DNA from: Lytechinus pictus
Lineage: Eukaryota
Length of the DNA stretch: 64,000 nucleotides
Assembly (NCBI RefSeq): GCF_037042905.1
Contig: NC_087252.1
Location: forward strand, 6,326,001-6,390,000
Direction: 5' to 3'
Position numbers and translations under genes: made by a program. Shown one piece after another: positions 13,746-26,499 of this stretch. The notes below the pieces were generated by a model. The model was given only the letters and a program-made list of their open reading frames with translations. It was not told where the DNA came from and searched no databases. Position 1 is the first letter of the stretch; each line of letters begins with the position of its first letter.

Positions 13746-14884
13746 AATATGGAAAATATAAGCGCGATGGCAATGTGATGCCGCTAGGGGGAGACATAAA
13801 ATAAAGATGAAATACGAGGCTAAAAATAGACCTCGTTCTGGGGGATTTCCCTGCCTTCGGAATACGTAATACCACCCATCAAGGGGTCTGAACCAAATTT
13901 CACAATTAGGGGAAATACAATTCAGACGTGCTTCTTTATGACTTTGCTAAGGATAATTTTGAGCTGTCACCAGGAATCAATGTACTAAAAAATCTGTGTA
14001 TGTTTGTTTTGGTCGATACGTATGTTAGAAAGACCTTATTTTGAGAACTGATAAGCCTGAAGGGCACGTTTGAAGTGATCCTCACGAAAGTAAATACCCT
14101 TGTACTGTTGTAGTGTTTTTAGATGAATCATTTAAAAAATATAGAAAACACAATCGAGCTTTGACCTAAAACACAGGGCTAATAAAAACCTTGGTATTTG
14201 CTGTCAACATGTATTTATAATTAGATTCTGATTTAGCTTATTGAATGTTTTGACTCCAATCCTTTCTCCTACCCCCCTTCTCTCCCTCTCTATCTCTCAG
14301 TCTCCTTCTCTTTGTCTCTTTCTCTCTCTTTTTCACTCCCTCCCTTCCCCCATGTTTTTCTTTGTTCCTATGAAACATTTCTTTTTTCTTTTGTCTAACA
14401 TTTATCTGGACATTTATATTGCATAATGGGTAAACACATGAAATGGATTTCCTTGAATTTTTTACAGAGAAAAATCTGGCCAAATATTTTAGAATGTTAC
14501 TGTGTGCATGCATATGTAAGCAACTGTATTCCTAATATTAAAGTGGAAGGTCACCCTGATGAAAAGGTGGCGGTAGAAATAGCGTAAAAAATAATAATAA
14601 ATATTGGTGAAAGTTTGAAGAAAATCCAACAGAGACGAAGAATGATATTGGCGTTTGATTTGTGACATCATAAACAGGCAGCTGCCCCATATGTTACAGT
14701 TATGTAATATAAAATGCAGAAATTTCAAACTTTAAATGGATTGTGATAACTTAACGTTTTCTTCTTTTAGAAGCGGGTTCAAAATAAATTATCTGTTGAT
14801 ACACTGAAGGTACAATAAAAACCACTTTCATTTTTTTTTTTGAAAATGACATTTCATTAATTTTTTTTTAAATTAATGATACAT

Positions 14885-15049
14885 GTAGCCTATCCATTAT
14901 GCATCAGGCTAGCGGCAAACTACTGAAGGGCGAGGGCGAAGCCCGAGCTCCGCCCTCGCCTGACGGTTTCCGGCTTCATCCTCGTCCGTCAGTCTATTTC
15001 ACGCGATCAGTAACTTGCCCACTAGCCCTGCGCATATCAGATAGGCCAT
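14885..15049. mobile_element. Small palindromic MITE nested in the 14542-15590 element
   Basis: Ends gcctatc.../...gataggc, internal GC hairpin ggcgagggcg...cgccctcgcc, and atgatacatg repeated at both junctions. Confidence 0.5.
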
Positions 15050-15147
15050 GATACATGGGAAGATGCTCGCATAAGAAATCACAAATAAAAAAATTCTCAT
15101 TCTAATAACTTTTTTAATTTTGATGGATTTCCTGCAAATTTTCTTAA

Positions 15148-15532
15148 AGAGAAATTCCAGTAGTTGCAGTAAACACTGATTTCATGAGAAAGTCTGTAAA
15201 ACCAGGCTTAATTGTCAGTATATCATCCAGGATCTAGATCTGGTACAGTTACATAAACTGAACTTTGTGAAATCTTGAAATCTATGCTGAAAAATGTTCA
15301 GACTGAACTTCCCCAACACAGACAAGCGCACGTGGGACAGTGTATAATTATTGCTTTGAGTGTCGGGCCCGACGCTCTACCCGAATCCTGTGCTTATTTG
15401 CTGATTTCTCAGCAATTACACAATTTCTTCCAGAATCCTTTGGCACACGCGTTTTATTTATACAAACAGACACTTTGGTGGTCATTTCATTGGAACTCAT
15501 TTTGATATCGTTACCAAAACTAGCATTTACCT
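15148..15532 (+). mobile_element. Kolobok-like MITE (family also at 29731-30122, inverted)
   Basis: TTAA at 15144-47 and 15533-36, AG..CT termini, and extended similarity to the reverse complement of 29731-30122. Confidence 0.75.
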
Positions 15533-15850
15533 TTAATTATTTTATCTGATATTTTTAAAATAACCTTTTTCGTCAGGGTGAACTTCCCCTTTATTCAATA
15601 TGTACTTACTACCATACCTTAAGTTCAGCAGAAAATGTTCATCCAGAAACACAAGGCAATATAATAAAAATATAACTTTTAATTCCTACTGTACAAACAC
15701 AGAACATACTTTGATAAATAAAACGTATACAGAATGCTGGAACATATTCACTCCCAAAGCAGAGTGTATAAAACTCACTCACACATGTGTTGAGTATTAC
15801 ATGTACTTCACTCACTTATTGCAAAAAGGTATTAGGCTTGCTTATAGACC

Positions 15851-16873
15851 AATATACAAATAATGAATGTTTATGAGTGCAATGGACACACTACCTCATG
15901 AGGTGAAAGATGAAATGATCCATTCAACGAGGTGTATCCGAGTTGAATGGATCATTATTTCATCTTTCACCGAATGAAGTATTCTGTCCATTGCACGAAT
16001 GAAAAACATTCATTATTTGGTTTATATGACACCTAAAAAAATTTTTTTTCCATATGAAATACATTAATTTCGATGCAAAACATGCTCACGCAGTGCGAGT
16101 TCGGTCTGTTGCAGTGATTGTTACGTCATTACAACATGCGTACTGCTGGTGTATGAGCTGCAGTCTCGGTGCACGAGTGCAATGGACAAAATCGTATGGA
16201 CCCAAAATTGCACGATGAATGGATCCAAAATTGCACGGTTGATGACGTCATTGCAAAATGGGCTGAATGAACGATATCAAACAACCAATCAAATCACAAG
16301 GATCTATATAGGTGTCATATAATATACAAATAATGAATGTTTATGAGTGCAATGGACAGACTATTTCATGAGGTGAAAGATGAAATGATCCATTCAAAGA
16401 GGCATAACCAAGTTTCAAAATGGATCATTTCATCTTTCATAGAATGAATTATTTCTAAATACGACACCTAAAAATAAAGCATTGTCATTTGACACTGATG
16501 AATGTGGATGCAAAAGTGCAATGTAGCTGAGCGAGCGCGGTCTGTTAATTGCCATTTGTCACGTATATACATTACATTTTAATTTTTTCCTCAAATTGTA
16601 TATATGTTTTGCACCACTGTATTTTTGTTTCGAACAGAATATTGGCAGATACAAATGATGTTCAAATAAATTCAATTCAATTCATTACACGCTGTAAACA
16701 CAAAAAGTTTTTACGTACTGTGCCACACGCATGCAATGGACAAAATCGCATGAATCCAAAATTGCACGATTTGGATTCAAAATTGCACAAATGAAGATGT
16801 CATTGTAAAATGGGCTGATTGATTATTAAACATTAAACAACCGATCAAATTACAATGATCTAAGTGTCATATA
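15851..16873 (+). mobile_element. Two head-to-tail copies of a Crypton-like non-autonomous element (15851-16320, 16321-16873)
   Basis: Both copies start aatatacaaataatgaatgtttatgagtgcaatggac. Copy 1 has the hairpin atccattcaac...gttgaatggat and the inverted pair tatatgacacc/ggtgtcatata; copy 2 has degenerate versions. Confidence 0.65.
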
Positions 16874-17317
16874 AAATATTTTGTAATAAAATGATTTGGG
16901 TAAAGGGGGAGAATGGAAAAAAAAAGAATGCCGAGAGTTCGAGAGAAATCGTACAAATACAGGCTGTCTGGAAAAAATGAGATCAATAAGTTGATGTTAT
17001 TTTCAAATTGGCAATTTGGTGAATACATTTTGACAAGAGGTATGATTAGAATGACTCCAACATTTGTCATGTAATTAATTATAAGAATTTGTTGGTTATC
17101 GTTGGTGAAGTACCTTTCCTCATATGGTGGAATTCAAAATATAACATAGCCAGCATATTGTTATATGTATTCTTAATAGTACACTTGCAACAAATATGCA
17201 ATTTACTCGACAAAAACCTATTAACAATCTTCCCTTGCGTTGTCTATTACTTTCATTAATAAGCAAATATACTCAAAATGTACACTTTGATATGAATTCA
17301 TTGTTAACTGACCAGTG

Positions 17318-18150
17318 CAGTCCTTCACGTTGATAATTTCGTGGAGCTCAATAAATCGCTCTCCTTATTTTTTCCAGGAGCTCAATTGAGCTCCTCAGAA
17401 TCGCTCTCCTTGAGGAGCTCAAATCAATTCAATACAATACATGTATGATAAATTGTAGATTTTTCTTAAATTTTTTAAATTGTAAATACAATAGATGTGT
17501 AGCTATTATTCTGTGGTGAAACAAGGCCTGGGTCAATACGTTTATAAAATATCACGCTCCTGCTTAAAAAAAAAACTTAAAGAAAAATACTGTACAAAAA
17601 ATTTCTAAAATTTCACATTTTACATCTTAAATCCATGAAATGGCCATCTATTTTCCATAATTCCTTGAAATTATTTTGATTTAGTTGAAGACTATTAGTA
17701 AAATGAAGAATATTAAGCTCTTTCTTAAATCTGATTGATGATGTTACGATCGGTAAATATTGTAGTCCCACATGTAGACTTCCATGGTGTTGCAACATTA
17801 ACTGAAAAAGATCGTTCGATCGTTTTGATCGTTATTGATCGTTTTACACTTGGTCAACACCATGAAAATCTACATATGGGACTACAATTTTTACCGAGTT
17901 TAACATCAAATCAGAGTCAGGAAAGAGGTGAATATTCTTCATTTCTTCGGTAGTTTCTAACTTAATCAAAATAATTTCAAGGAATTATGGAAAATAGATG
18001 CCTATTTCATGAATATAAAGATGTAAAATGTTAAATTTCAGTACCTTTTTGTGAAGGTGTTTTTTTTTTTTTTTTTAGGAGCGCGATTTTTTGTTCTCAT
18101 TTTTTTTAAGGAGCGCCGGCGCAATCGCGCTCCTCAAAAATGAAGGTCTG
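17318..18150. mobile_element. hAT-like non-autonomous element with 6-bp TSD
   Basis: TIR CAGTCCTTCA / TGAAGGTCTG, ccagtg duplicated at 17312-17 and 18151-56, subterminal GGAGC/GCTCC repeats. Confidence 0.6.
17588..18043. mobile_element. Foldback MITE (~200-bp imperfect arms) inside the hAT-like element
   Basis: Arms such as catctattttccataattccttgaaattattttgatt / aatcaaaataatttcaaggaattatggaaaatagatg are reverse complements. Confidence 0.75.
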
Positions 18151-18397
18151 CCAGTGGCAAGAACATGTGATAATGAATTAAAATATTTATTGACAATCAA
18201 TGAGAATAATCTATTATCATCAAACACAAAGATCATAAGTGGAATGATGTACTACTATGTCATTTGTAATAGACCTAGTACGAATGTAGTCCTTGAAATG
18301 CAGCACGGGTAACATCTGCTCTTATAAATCCAGAGTGGTTTATGCTGCATTATTACATGTAAAGAGTGCTAATAATCAGAGACTTGCAACAATGTAA

Positions 18398-18678
18398 AGG
18401 CTTGGTCCCACTGCACTTACAGATGCAGAGAGAATGTAAAACGGAAAAGAATCTTGCCATCCGTTGGAAAATGTTATGTATCCGTTGTGTACTGTATGCA
18501 TATGCGTTTCATACGCTCTATATCCATCGAGCATCTCTGTCCAAGTTATTTCACTGTTCGCACATTATGTCCATTGTCTGGAGCGGGTGGAAACGGATGG
18601 AGCCACCGCGAAATTTTGCTTGTCCGCTGTATCCGTTATGAGTACGTTTTGTGTCCGTCGGCCAGTGGGACCAGGCCT
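18398..18678. mobile_element. PIF/Harbinger-like MITE
   Basis: TIR AGGCTTGGTCCCACTG / CAGTGGGACCAGGCCT, flanked by TAA and TGA, with internal ATCCGT repeats. Confidence 0.65.
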
Positions 18679-19334
18679 TGAATAAGAGGTGCTATTAATA
18701 CAAGCAAGTAAGATCTTTACAATTATTCTTTTCATTTCCCTATTGATTATGCTTAAGATATTTTCAATATGGAAAATAGAATTGAGTCATGCAATTAAGA
18801 CATATCATCATCATCATCATAATTCCTTTCAGGATTTACTTCAAATTTTACCCAGGGGTGGATGGGGGCACTACCATTACAAGGTGGCCCCAAAAGCCTG
18901 TAAAAAGTAGAAAGGGTATTAAAATTGCCAAAATGAGGGAAAAGGGGAATAGTTTTCACCACTGTCATGACAAAAAAAAAGTATTTGAGGCATCATTTGG
19001 GAAGAGAAAATATGATCAAACACCCTGCGTAGGTACTACTCTGAGATCAAAATTCTATGCAGAATCTGTCCCATAATTCAACCCTAATTAATATTTTGAT
19101 GACGAGACTTGCATTGAATTCATAGAACGTCTTTTATTTACTGGCTTGCTTCTTTGGTTTTTATGTGCAAATTGAAATTAGTGTAAATTTACATGGTTCA
19201 AGTTACAAACCAACACACTTAAGACTGATTTTATTTTGGTACTCTATTGCAATATGACACACCGGTGCTACTAATTTGAAACCGTTTAGAACCCGTTTCC
19301 AAGGGGATTCTAAGGTTGTGACATCACACTTCTA

Positions 19335-20063
19335 TCAGCTAACAAACCCTCTCGAGAGGTTTGTCATCGCTTCAACAGCCATAGCCATTCTATCGTCTTC
19401 CAAACCAGGATAACGGCTCCTTATCTCATCTTCACTCGTCATCAAGCTCTTCACATTATCTATACCCTGAGGTGAAAGGTCACCGCTACCAGGTTTCTTC
19501 GGAGTTCCTTCTTCGCCGCTCCTCTCCTCCTCGACATCAACGCCCTGCAGCTGCTCAATAGGAAAGACATGAGTCTGGTGATCGGTTCTAAGCTCCTGAT
19601 GATATTGCACCTGAGAGAGTGGATATCCACCGGTCTCTAATGTCACCTTTGACCCTGACCTTGTCATCGACGACATATCTTGGATGTTCTTCGCGATGGC
19701 GTGAGCACTGTCCTGATCCTGCACAATGTTATACAACCCTGTCTCGTTGGACTGGACAGGTCTTTCTTTGGCACCGATGGCGCTGTTCAGGTCTTCGACA
19801 TCGAAGACTCTCCTCCCGGATTCGTTTGCGTTTTTCAGGTCCAGGGTGTAATCCACGATGATGACTGATCCTTGGGAATCTTCTACATATTGCACCTTGC
19901 TGGGTTCAAAGTTCACTTCATCACAGAACCTTTTATTGCTTGGTTCGAGGATCTCTTCCTCCGGTGAAGCTGTCTTGCTAGCCTCAACATTGACTTTCTC
20001 AGGGGAACCCTTCTTTCTTCTCTTGGTCCGTCCCTTCCGTGGTGACCTTCGTTTCTTAGTTGC
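19335..20063 (-). CDS. HINFP: HINFP coding exon 10 of 10 (729 nt; basic NLS-like stretch and acidic low-complexity tail)
   Basis: Acceptor tatcctcAG at 20064-65. Phase 0 matches exon 9. Open to the stop at 19335. Confidence 0.8.
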   Translation of the reverse strand, partial: ATKKRRSPRKGRTKRRKKGSPEKVNVEASKTASPEEEILEPSNKRFCDEVNFEPSKVQYVEDSQGSVIIVDYTLDLKNANESGRRVFDVEDLNSAIGAKERPVQSNETGLYNIVQDQDSAHAIAKNIQDMSSMTRSGSKVTLETGGYPLSQVQYHQELRTDHQTHVFPIEQLQGVDVEEERSGEEGTPKKPGSGDLSPQGIDNVKSLMTSEDEIRSRYPGLEDDRMAMAVEAMTNLSRGFVS

Positions 20064-20407
20064 CTGAGGATACAAAAAGAGCATGTTCAACTTCCAAAAT
20101 GTCAAATGTTTAATAATCTCATGAGGTTAAACAAGTTTCTTTATTGTCAATGGTAAATATAGTATTTCATAACATGTACCTATGGTAACAGATGTCAACG
20201 GAAGTGAAACAATTGCCACTGGGGACAAGTAGCCTTTACAGACAGATTCTATAACATTTTAGGTGGCCACAAAATACAGGTTTTCATTACAGGTAGGTGG
20301 CCACTATGGCAGGTTTAACTGGATATGATTCTACGATAGTGCCCCTTCAAAGTTACGATTTCAAAATTGAGTTTGAATTGTAAAATCTAGCATAACTTCC
20401 GACTCAC

Positions 20408-20645
20408 CTTTCCTTTCTTTGCTTCTTGTGTGGTAGATGACTGGTGATTGGCAGTTACTTCCTCAGGGATAGTCTTCAGGGATGTGGAAGTGGGTGTGGC
20501 TGTGGGTGGGACAGTGGTTGGGGCTGAGGGCGGGGCTGTGGGTGGGGCATTGATGGAGGTATCTTGTAGGAACTGTTGTGTGAGTTCAATGCTCTCGTAG
20601 CGTACCGTCTGTAGCCTCAAGAACCCATCCTCATGCTCCCTATAC
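20408..20645 (-). CDS. HINFP: HINFP coding exon 9 (238 nt)
   Basis: [25 protein letters not shown] is the conserved HINFP C-terminal region. AG at 20646-47, donor GTGAGT at 20407. Confidence 0.93.
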
Positions 20646-20892
20646 CTGTCAGAATTGAAACAAGTCAATAATGTCAGTCATAACCTGGGCTTTCCTGTTA
20701 TATAGGAGTTAGCAAATGATGATGGGGCTGATTTCTATGATTAATTGCATTGATTATCATATATGATCAATTGTAACAGTGAGTCCTAAAAATCAAAGGG
20801 TTTAGAAGCTTTAAGTTGCTGGGCCTTGAATTAATAGAACATTTGGTTGACAAGTTGATCACATGATAAATTGTAGTATTTTTCATAAAAAT

Positions 20893-21177
20893 ATAACAAT
20901 AAATAAATAATATAGGACTTCTATAGCGCACGTATCCACCTTGCTAGGTGCTCAAGGCGCTCCTATATTACCCCGGCTAAGCTGGTCTACCGATTCCGGT
21001 GCTCACAGCTTTTTGAGGAATTATTTCCTGCCGGTACCCATTTACCTCACCTGGGTCGAGTGCAGCACAGTGTGGGTAAATTTCTTGCTGAAGGAAAACA
21101 CGCCATGGCTTGGAATCGAACCCACATCCTTCAGATTGAAAGACGAGAGTCTTAACCACTAGACCACGATGCCCCCA
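20893..21177 (-). mobile_element. tRNA-derived SINE
   Basis: Minus strand shows A box TGGTCTAGTGG, B box GGTTCGATTCC, central core ACTCGACCCAGGTGAGGTAAATGGGTACC, and a LINE-like tail GCGCCTTGAG...GCGCTATAG followed by TTAT repeats. Confidence 0.85.
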
Positions 21178-21349
21178 CTATATCAAGGTGTGGTGCTCTG
21201 TTTTTTTTTTGCTTACCTCTAATGCAAACAGCTTTTACTTACAGCCACAGTTAGCATTATCACTAGCTTGAACTTTTCTTAAAGTGCCCATAATATATTA
21301 AAAAAGCTGAGCAGCCCAATACGTTGAGGGCGACAAACAGGAAACTTAC

Positions 21350-21474
21350 CTGAACCTGACGTGACCAGAGGGCCACTTGAAGCGATGCTTCTCTTTAAGA
21401 TGATTGGTTAATGCATGACCTCTTGCGAACTTTGATTGGCAAACGTGACACAAGTATCGTTTCTCCTCCAAGTC
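21350..21474 (-). CDS. HINFP: HINFP coding exon 8 (125 nt)
   Basis: [45 protein letters not shown] flanks; phase 0 to 2. Confidence 0.93.
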
Positions 21475-22050
21475 CTGAGAAAAATCAGCACAAGATTACA
21501 AGACAAACGGTAAGAAATGGAAATTTCAATGGAAGTATCAATATCATATTAATAAAGTACAGGCACCACAGCCCCACCCAATGCCTTAAATACTGCCTAA
21601 CCTCCTGCCCCACCCAATCCAAACATCCAATACTAATTAGTCACAAGTATTAGACTTTTATTTTTTTTTATGATCACAGACAAATCTAAACAGTTACTGT
21701 TTGAATTTTCACATAGTGTATAGGCATTTGTAATCTTTTCATTACTAAACCTTGTTGATTTACGATTTGAATTTCATTGTAAAAAAATATATTTCAATCA
21801 ATTGATTATTGCAAGGAATCAACATTAAAAAGCTTCAGCGGGTTCCCTTTTTCATTTTCACATATTATGTCTTTGTTGCTTTATATTGTAAATTTTTCTT
21901 GTATTTGAAATGAAAAAGAATAAATGCAATCAATCAATCAATAAAAAAATTACATACTGAATCTACACCTGATGAGATGCACTCTAAATATGCTGAGAAT
22001 AGGTGTATGCGTTGTCAAGGCATGCTTTCAAATTTTAATGGTATACTTAC

Positions 22051-22189
22051 TGAATGACACTTCCTGAAGTGTGTTCTGAGTGCGCTCAGTGTCTTAGCAG
22101 TGAATGTACAGCTTTCAATATCACAAGAATACGCATCACCAGCATTATGACTCTCCATGTGTCTCCTCATATCTGTCCTTGTTTTGGCT
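22051..22189 (-). CDS. HINFP: HINFP coding exon 7 (139 nt)
   Basis: AKTRTDMRRHMESHNAGDAYSCDIESCTFTAKTLSALRTHFRKCHS; GT-AG flanks; phase 2 to 0. Confidence 0.92.
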
Positions 22190-22215
22190 CTGTCAAGATA
22201 AGAAAGTCAATACAT

Positions 22216-22439
22216 ATAATATAATATAATATAATATAAAATAATATAATATAATATAATATAATATAATATAATATAATATAATATAATATAATATAAT
22301 ATAATATAATATAATATAATATAATATAATATAATATAATATAATATAATATAATATAATATAATATAATATAATATAATATAATATAATATAATATAAT
22401 ATAATATATGATATATGATATGATATGATATAATATAAT
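22216..22439. repeat. (ATAAT)n microsatellite grading into (ATATG)n
   Basis: Directly visible pentanucleotide array. Confidence 0.97.
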
Positions 22440-23367
22440 CTGGCCTTGTGAGAGATATAACATTTATAGCCTGGAGTGCAACTGCATAGCTGAGTCAAAG
22501 ACGGGGGCAATATGACTATACAGAGAATAATTAATGTTGTAAGTCCCTAAAGTAGGTATTCAAAATTATCTTTATTAACAAAATTAGACACTTGGAAAAC
22601 AAATTTTCCCCATCTTGAAAAGTTCACAATATGGAATGCAAGTATGTATGTTCTAAAAATAATTATAAAGCATTTATAAAAAAACATGTGAAATCTGGCA
22701 TAAAAACACCCAGAGTGCGCAAAATATTGTTGACATTTTTTTTACTTTTGTCCTTCCCATTCAAAACATAGATTGAAACTGGTTTCCATATGGCAGAAAC
22801 AAGGGACATTGCCCTAATAACTTTTTTACTCGAGGACCACTTTGACTCTCAGATTTTTTTTGAGGCCCACCAACCAAAATTTTAAGAAAACATCAATTTT
22901 GATGGAAAATATGTTTTGTGAAAATTTGAACACAAAGCTCTGAAGCACATTCGAAACAAACAGTTTGAGAAGTAATCTGCATTCACAATTGTCCGGTAAA
23001 TGGGCAACAATTAAACTACATACAAAATATGCATGCACATGACGTTCACATCAAAGTTAGATCGAAACCATCATTAGTGTGCATGTGCATGCTTTGCAAC
23101 ATGCATGATACCTAAGCGTGCTTCAGTTTTGTTTGACCCACGTAGACTGATTGAAGATACCATGTTCAAACAGGCCTGTGAAATATACTATAGTTTTTCT
23201 CCTATTCTTTTTCTCCCCGTGGAGCTTCTCGCTGCCAACCTGAGAGAGCTTCACGGCCCACTGGTGGGCCGCAGCCCAATGTTTGAGAAGCGCTGCCCTA
23301 ATGAATAACCCCTTCCTATCGTTATTGATGACAAATATTGTTATTGATGTAATTGTTGAATACTTAC

Positions 23368-23488
23368 GCATGGTCGCAGAGTTCACAGGAAAAAGGTCGA
23401 TCTGAGGAATGTCTCCACTGGATATGCTTCTTCAACACAGAGGGCGCCGGACATGTCATGTCACAGAAAGGACACTTGTAGTGATTCA
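23368..23488 (-). CDS. HINFP: HINFP coding exon 6 (121 nt)
   Basis: [44 protein letters not shown] flanks; phase 1 to 2. Confidence 0.94.
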
Positions 23489-24015
23489 CTAGAAATAATA
23501 ATGCAGAATGATTAATTTGATTCAATTTGATGTTCATGGCACATTACTCAATTTCATAAGGACTGGTGCTTTTACAAAAATTTGAGTAAAAAAAAATAAA
23601 CAAAATGGAAATAATTCTGTTAAGAAATGTAATTCAGATATACACATTCAGAGGGAGATGTCTCTATATGCTTGAGTTGGGGGGGGGGGGGTCTCCAACC
23701 ACAACAGAGATGATTTGTTTTTGCTTTATGTAAAGTAATTCATGCTATCCGCCAATGCGAGTTTAAAACCTATCAAATCGTTGGACATGTATACTTTAAA
23801 TGCCAAAACCTTGACAGCATCATTTCCATTTTGTGATCAACTGCAACTTCATGTGCAAATATATATCAACAGAAAAATTAAAATTCTGTGGTGACAGCAT
23901 TGCTTTCATACAACTATTAAACCAACAATTAATGTAGGGGAAAGACATGGTAGAATACAGGTACAGGTATTTCAAAACTAAATTGATAAAACTAAAAGAC
24001 ATGATAAATTCTTAC

Positions 24016-24093
24016 CATGGTGTCTCATATGGTCTCTCAACAATCTTTCAGATGCAAAAACTTTGGAACAATGAGAACACTGGAAATTAGGCT
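24016..24093 (-). CDS. HINFP: HINFP coding exon 5 (78 nt)
   Basis: [27 protein letters not shown]2H2 finger; GT-AG flanks; phase 1 to 1. Confidence 0.94.
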
Positions 24094-24135
24094 CTGAAAT
24101 TTGAAGAAAAAAAAATTAAATCAGCATTACCAGCT

Positions 24136-24319
24136 CATCACCACCATCATCATCATCATCATCACCATCATCGTCGTCATGATCACCACCACCATCATTG
24201 TCATCATTATCATCACCATCACCACCACCACCACCGTCAACATCATCACCACCACCACCACCGTCAACATCGCCATCATCGCCATCATGATCACCACCAT
24301 CATCATCATCATCATCATC

Positions 24320-24353
<34 letters not shown>

Positions 24354-24538
24354 TCATCACCACCACCACCACCATCACCACCATCATCATCATCATCATC
24401 ACCATCATGATCACCACCACCATGATTGTCATCATCATCATTACAATCACCCCCCCATCATTATCTGCATTATGATTGATCTGCATTAGCTTATGATCAT
24501 CGTCAGACATTAGCGTCATCACCACCATCATCATCATC
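24136..24538. repeat. Compound (CAT/CAC)n trinucleotide microsatellite
   Basis: Directly visible; lies in a HINFP intron. Confidence 0.95.
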
Positions 24539-24680
24539 GATATCCTACTGCTCCACCTCATAAAAATCTTCACTCTTCTAATATATAATGATCTGATGAG
24601 CCCTATTAATGGATTTATTGTTTACTTTAGTCAGCCCACCTGTGCACTTTGAAACACCTGTATAAAGCGCCCTAAAAATG

Positions 24681-24834
24681 TTATCATTATTATTATTATC
24701 ATAATTATTATCATAATTATTATCATCATTGTTATTATTATTATCATTATTATTATCATTATTATTATTATCATAATTATTATCATCATTGTTATTATTA
24801 TTATTATTATTATTATCATTATTATTATTATCAT
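24681..24834. repeat. (ATT/ATC)n trinucleotide microsatellite
   Basis: Directly visible. Confidence 0.95.
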
Positions 24835-24885
24835 AAGTTTCCTATCATGATCCATGAAGAAGCACCGAGAATGACCTATACATAC

Positions 24886-25038
24886 CATCTAGTATACCCT
24901 GGCGATGAATGTGATCGAAGAACTTGGTTCTGTTGCTGAACAGACCACCACATTGACTGCAACCAAATCTCTTTTCCTGAGAATGACATCGGAGATGATC
25001 CCGGAGCTTGTACTTATCCTTGGTCTTCACCTGGCAAT
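24886..25038 (-). CDS. HINFP: HINFP coding exon 4 (153 nt)
   Basis: DCQVKTKDKYKLRDHLRCHSQEKRFGCSQCGGLFSNRTKFFDHIHRQ; GT-AG flanks; phase 1 to 1. Confidence 0.95.
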
Positions 25039-25199
25039 CTGAAAGAAATGAGTCAGTCAATGACTGAGTTTTCCTATCTCAACTAATGTTACCTCCAGTT
25101 AACTTTGCCAAAGTCGAATCTTCAAGGCCATACAATTTTTTTACTAAGGAGAAATTTAACTTTAATAGAACAGGCATAAAACACATGCCTTGCATAATA

Positions 25200-25437
25200 C
25201 AGAGATGCCAACCTAAAGGGATGGTTGTCAGGAATATTTACCATATTTGTCAGGAACAAATGGGAGTTTCTCAGGAACATCCCGCGAAGTAGCATCGTTT
25301 ATACAGGGATGCCACTAGGTGTCCTCCAAAAATACTGAAACTCATCGCGGGCCGGGACAGTGTCCAAGAAAAAAAAATTTAGGGGGGTCCACCTTTAATT
25401 TTGGGATGGACACATGTCACAGGTAAAAAATTGGACA

Positions 25438-25475
<38 letters not shown>

Positions 25476-26499
25476 AGGAGGGGGGTCTGCCCCCTCCTCA
25501 AATTTAGGGGAGGGAGGGGGGGGAGGACCAAGTGGCTTCTTACCTTGTTGTGATCGATGACTTTGAAGTCAATTAGGTTTGAAAAACTGACGGTAGTTAG
25601 TTGTGTGTTTCTCATAGAACGCTAGACCAAAAGCTTCAGTCTCTGTATTTTGGTTGTTCAGCTGAACCGCGTTGGCTCCACTCACCAATACATAGACTGA
25701 AGAGTTGTTGGCCCGTACATTAAGACAACGTATCAGCTAACCCAGGGAGCTCTGGGCTAGCTGATACGTACTTAACCCAAGGAGCTCCGGCCCGCTTTTC
25801 GGGCCGGAGCTCCCCGAGTTCCGTATCAGCATGCAGCAGTAACGTTAGATCTAACATTCGGCGGAAACCTGATTTTCGGATCGTTTTTGGTACATCAAAT
25901 GTCACATTATGAAAAAATAATTACATCCAAACTTACGAGAAAATATATAAAATTCAGAAACATCGTACCTTAGACCGCAGTTACCGCTAATTCCTTTCAA
26001 ATGATGATCAAAACTTAGTCATCCTCGATTCCTTCGTTGGTCATCGTAAGTTGCCATCTTGGATGACGTCATCATTTTTACAGTCGTATTTACCAGTCGC
26101 TATTATACCGCGATTCGTGCCGCTGATTTGTGCTTGTCTATGTGCGTGCGTTCGGAACTTGTCGCTCGCATTGATAGGCCAGGATATCGATAATTCTAAT
26201 CAGAAAGCCTTGATAAAAGCATAACTCAATGAACGTAGTAGGCAGTGCGCGCGTTTATAAATTATAGTAGAGAAACTCCCGTTGGTTTACCGTTGGCCAC
26301 ACACACGCTGCATGCACGATACATGTATACACAATACACGCACAATACACAATACACGCATATATACACATGCACAGCAAAGCAATACACATGTATTGTA
26401 GTTGTTTTTTCCGTAACCTTTTTATTGTTGCCGTAACACCGTAATTGGAGGAATAAAATCGGAACAAATACGGCGAATCCGTAACGGTTGGCATCTCTG
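25200..26499. mobile_element. hAT (Tip100-like) non-autonomous element
   Basis: Perfect 14-bp TIR CAGAGATGCCAACC, cataata duplicated at 25193-99 and 26500-06, CCGTAA repeats near the right end. Confidence 0.75.

Larger units (their letters stand above)
14542..15590. mobile_element. Kolobok-like MITE carrying nested insertions
   Basis: TIRs agtggaaggtcaccctgatgaaaa / ttttcgtcagggtgaacttcccct, AG..CT ends, flanked by TTAA (14538-41) and TTAT (15591-94). Confidence 0.65.

Noticed and set aside
13220..19300. miR-34 hairpin divergent from BTG, as at vertebrate BTG4/miR-34b/c
   Set aside because: I found no GGCAGTGT..TTAGCTGG sequence by eye here. GGCAGTG matches elsewhere (~35315 minus, ~56343) lack the rest of the mature sequence. 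A covariance-model search would be definitive.
19619..20067. Plus-strand ORFs overlapping the last HINFP exon
   Set aside because: They are antisense shadows of a real coding exon and show no recognisable motifs.
21100..21177. tRNA gene
   Set aside because: A and B boxes are present but continue directly into a SINE core and tail, so this is a SINE head.
22167..22510. ORFs with YYIIL repeats
   Set aside because: They are translations of the (ATAAT)n microsatellite.
24101..24888. Poly-Ile/Thr/Met/Val ORFs
   Set aside because: They are translations of trinucleotide microsatellites in HINFP introns.
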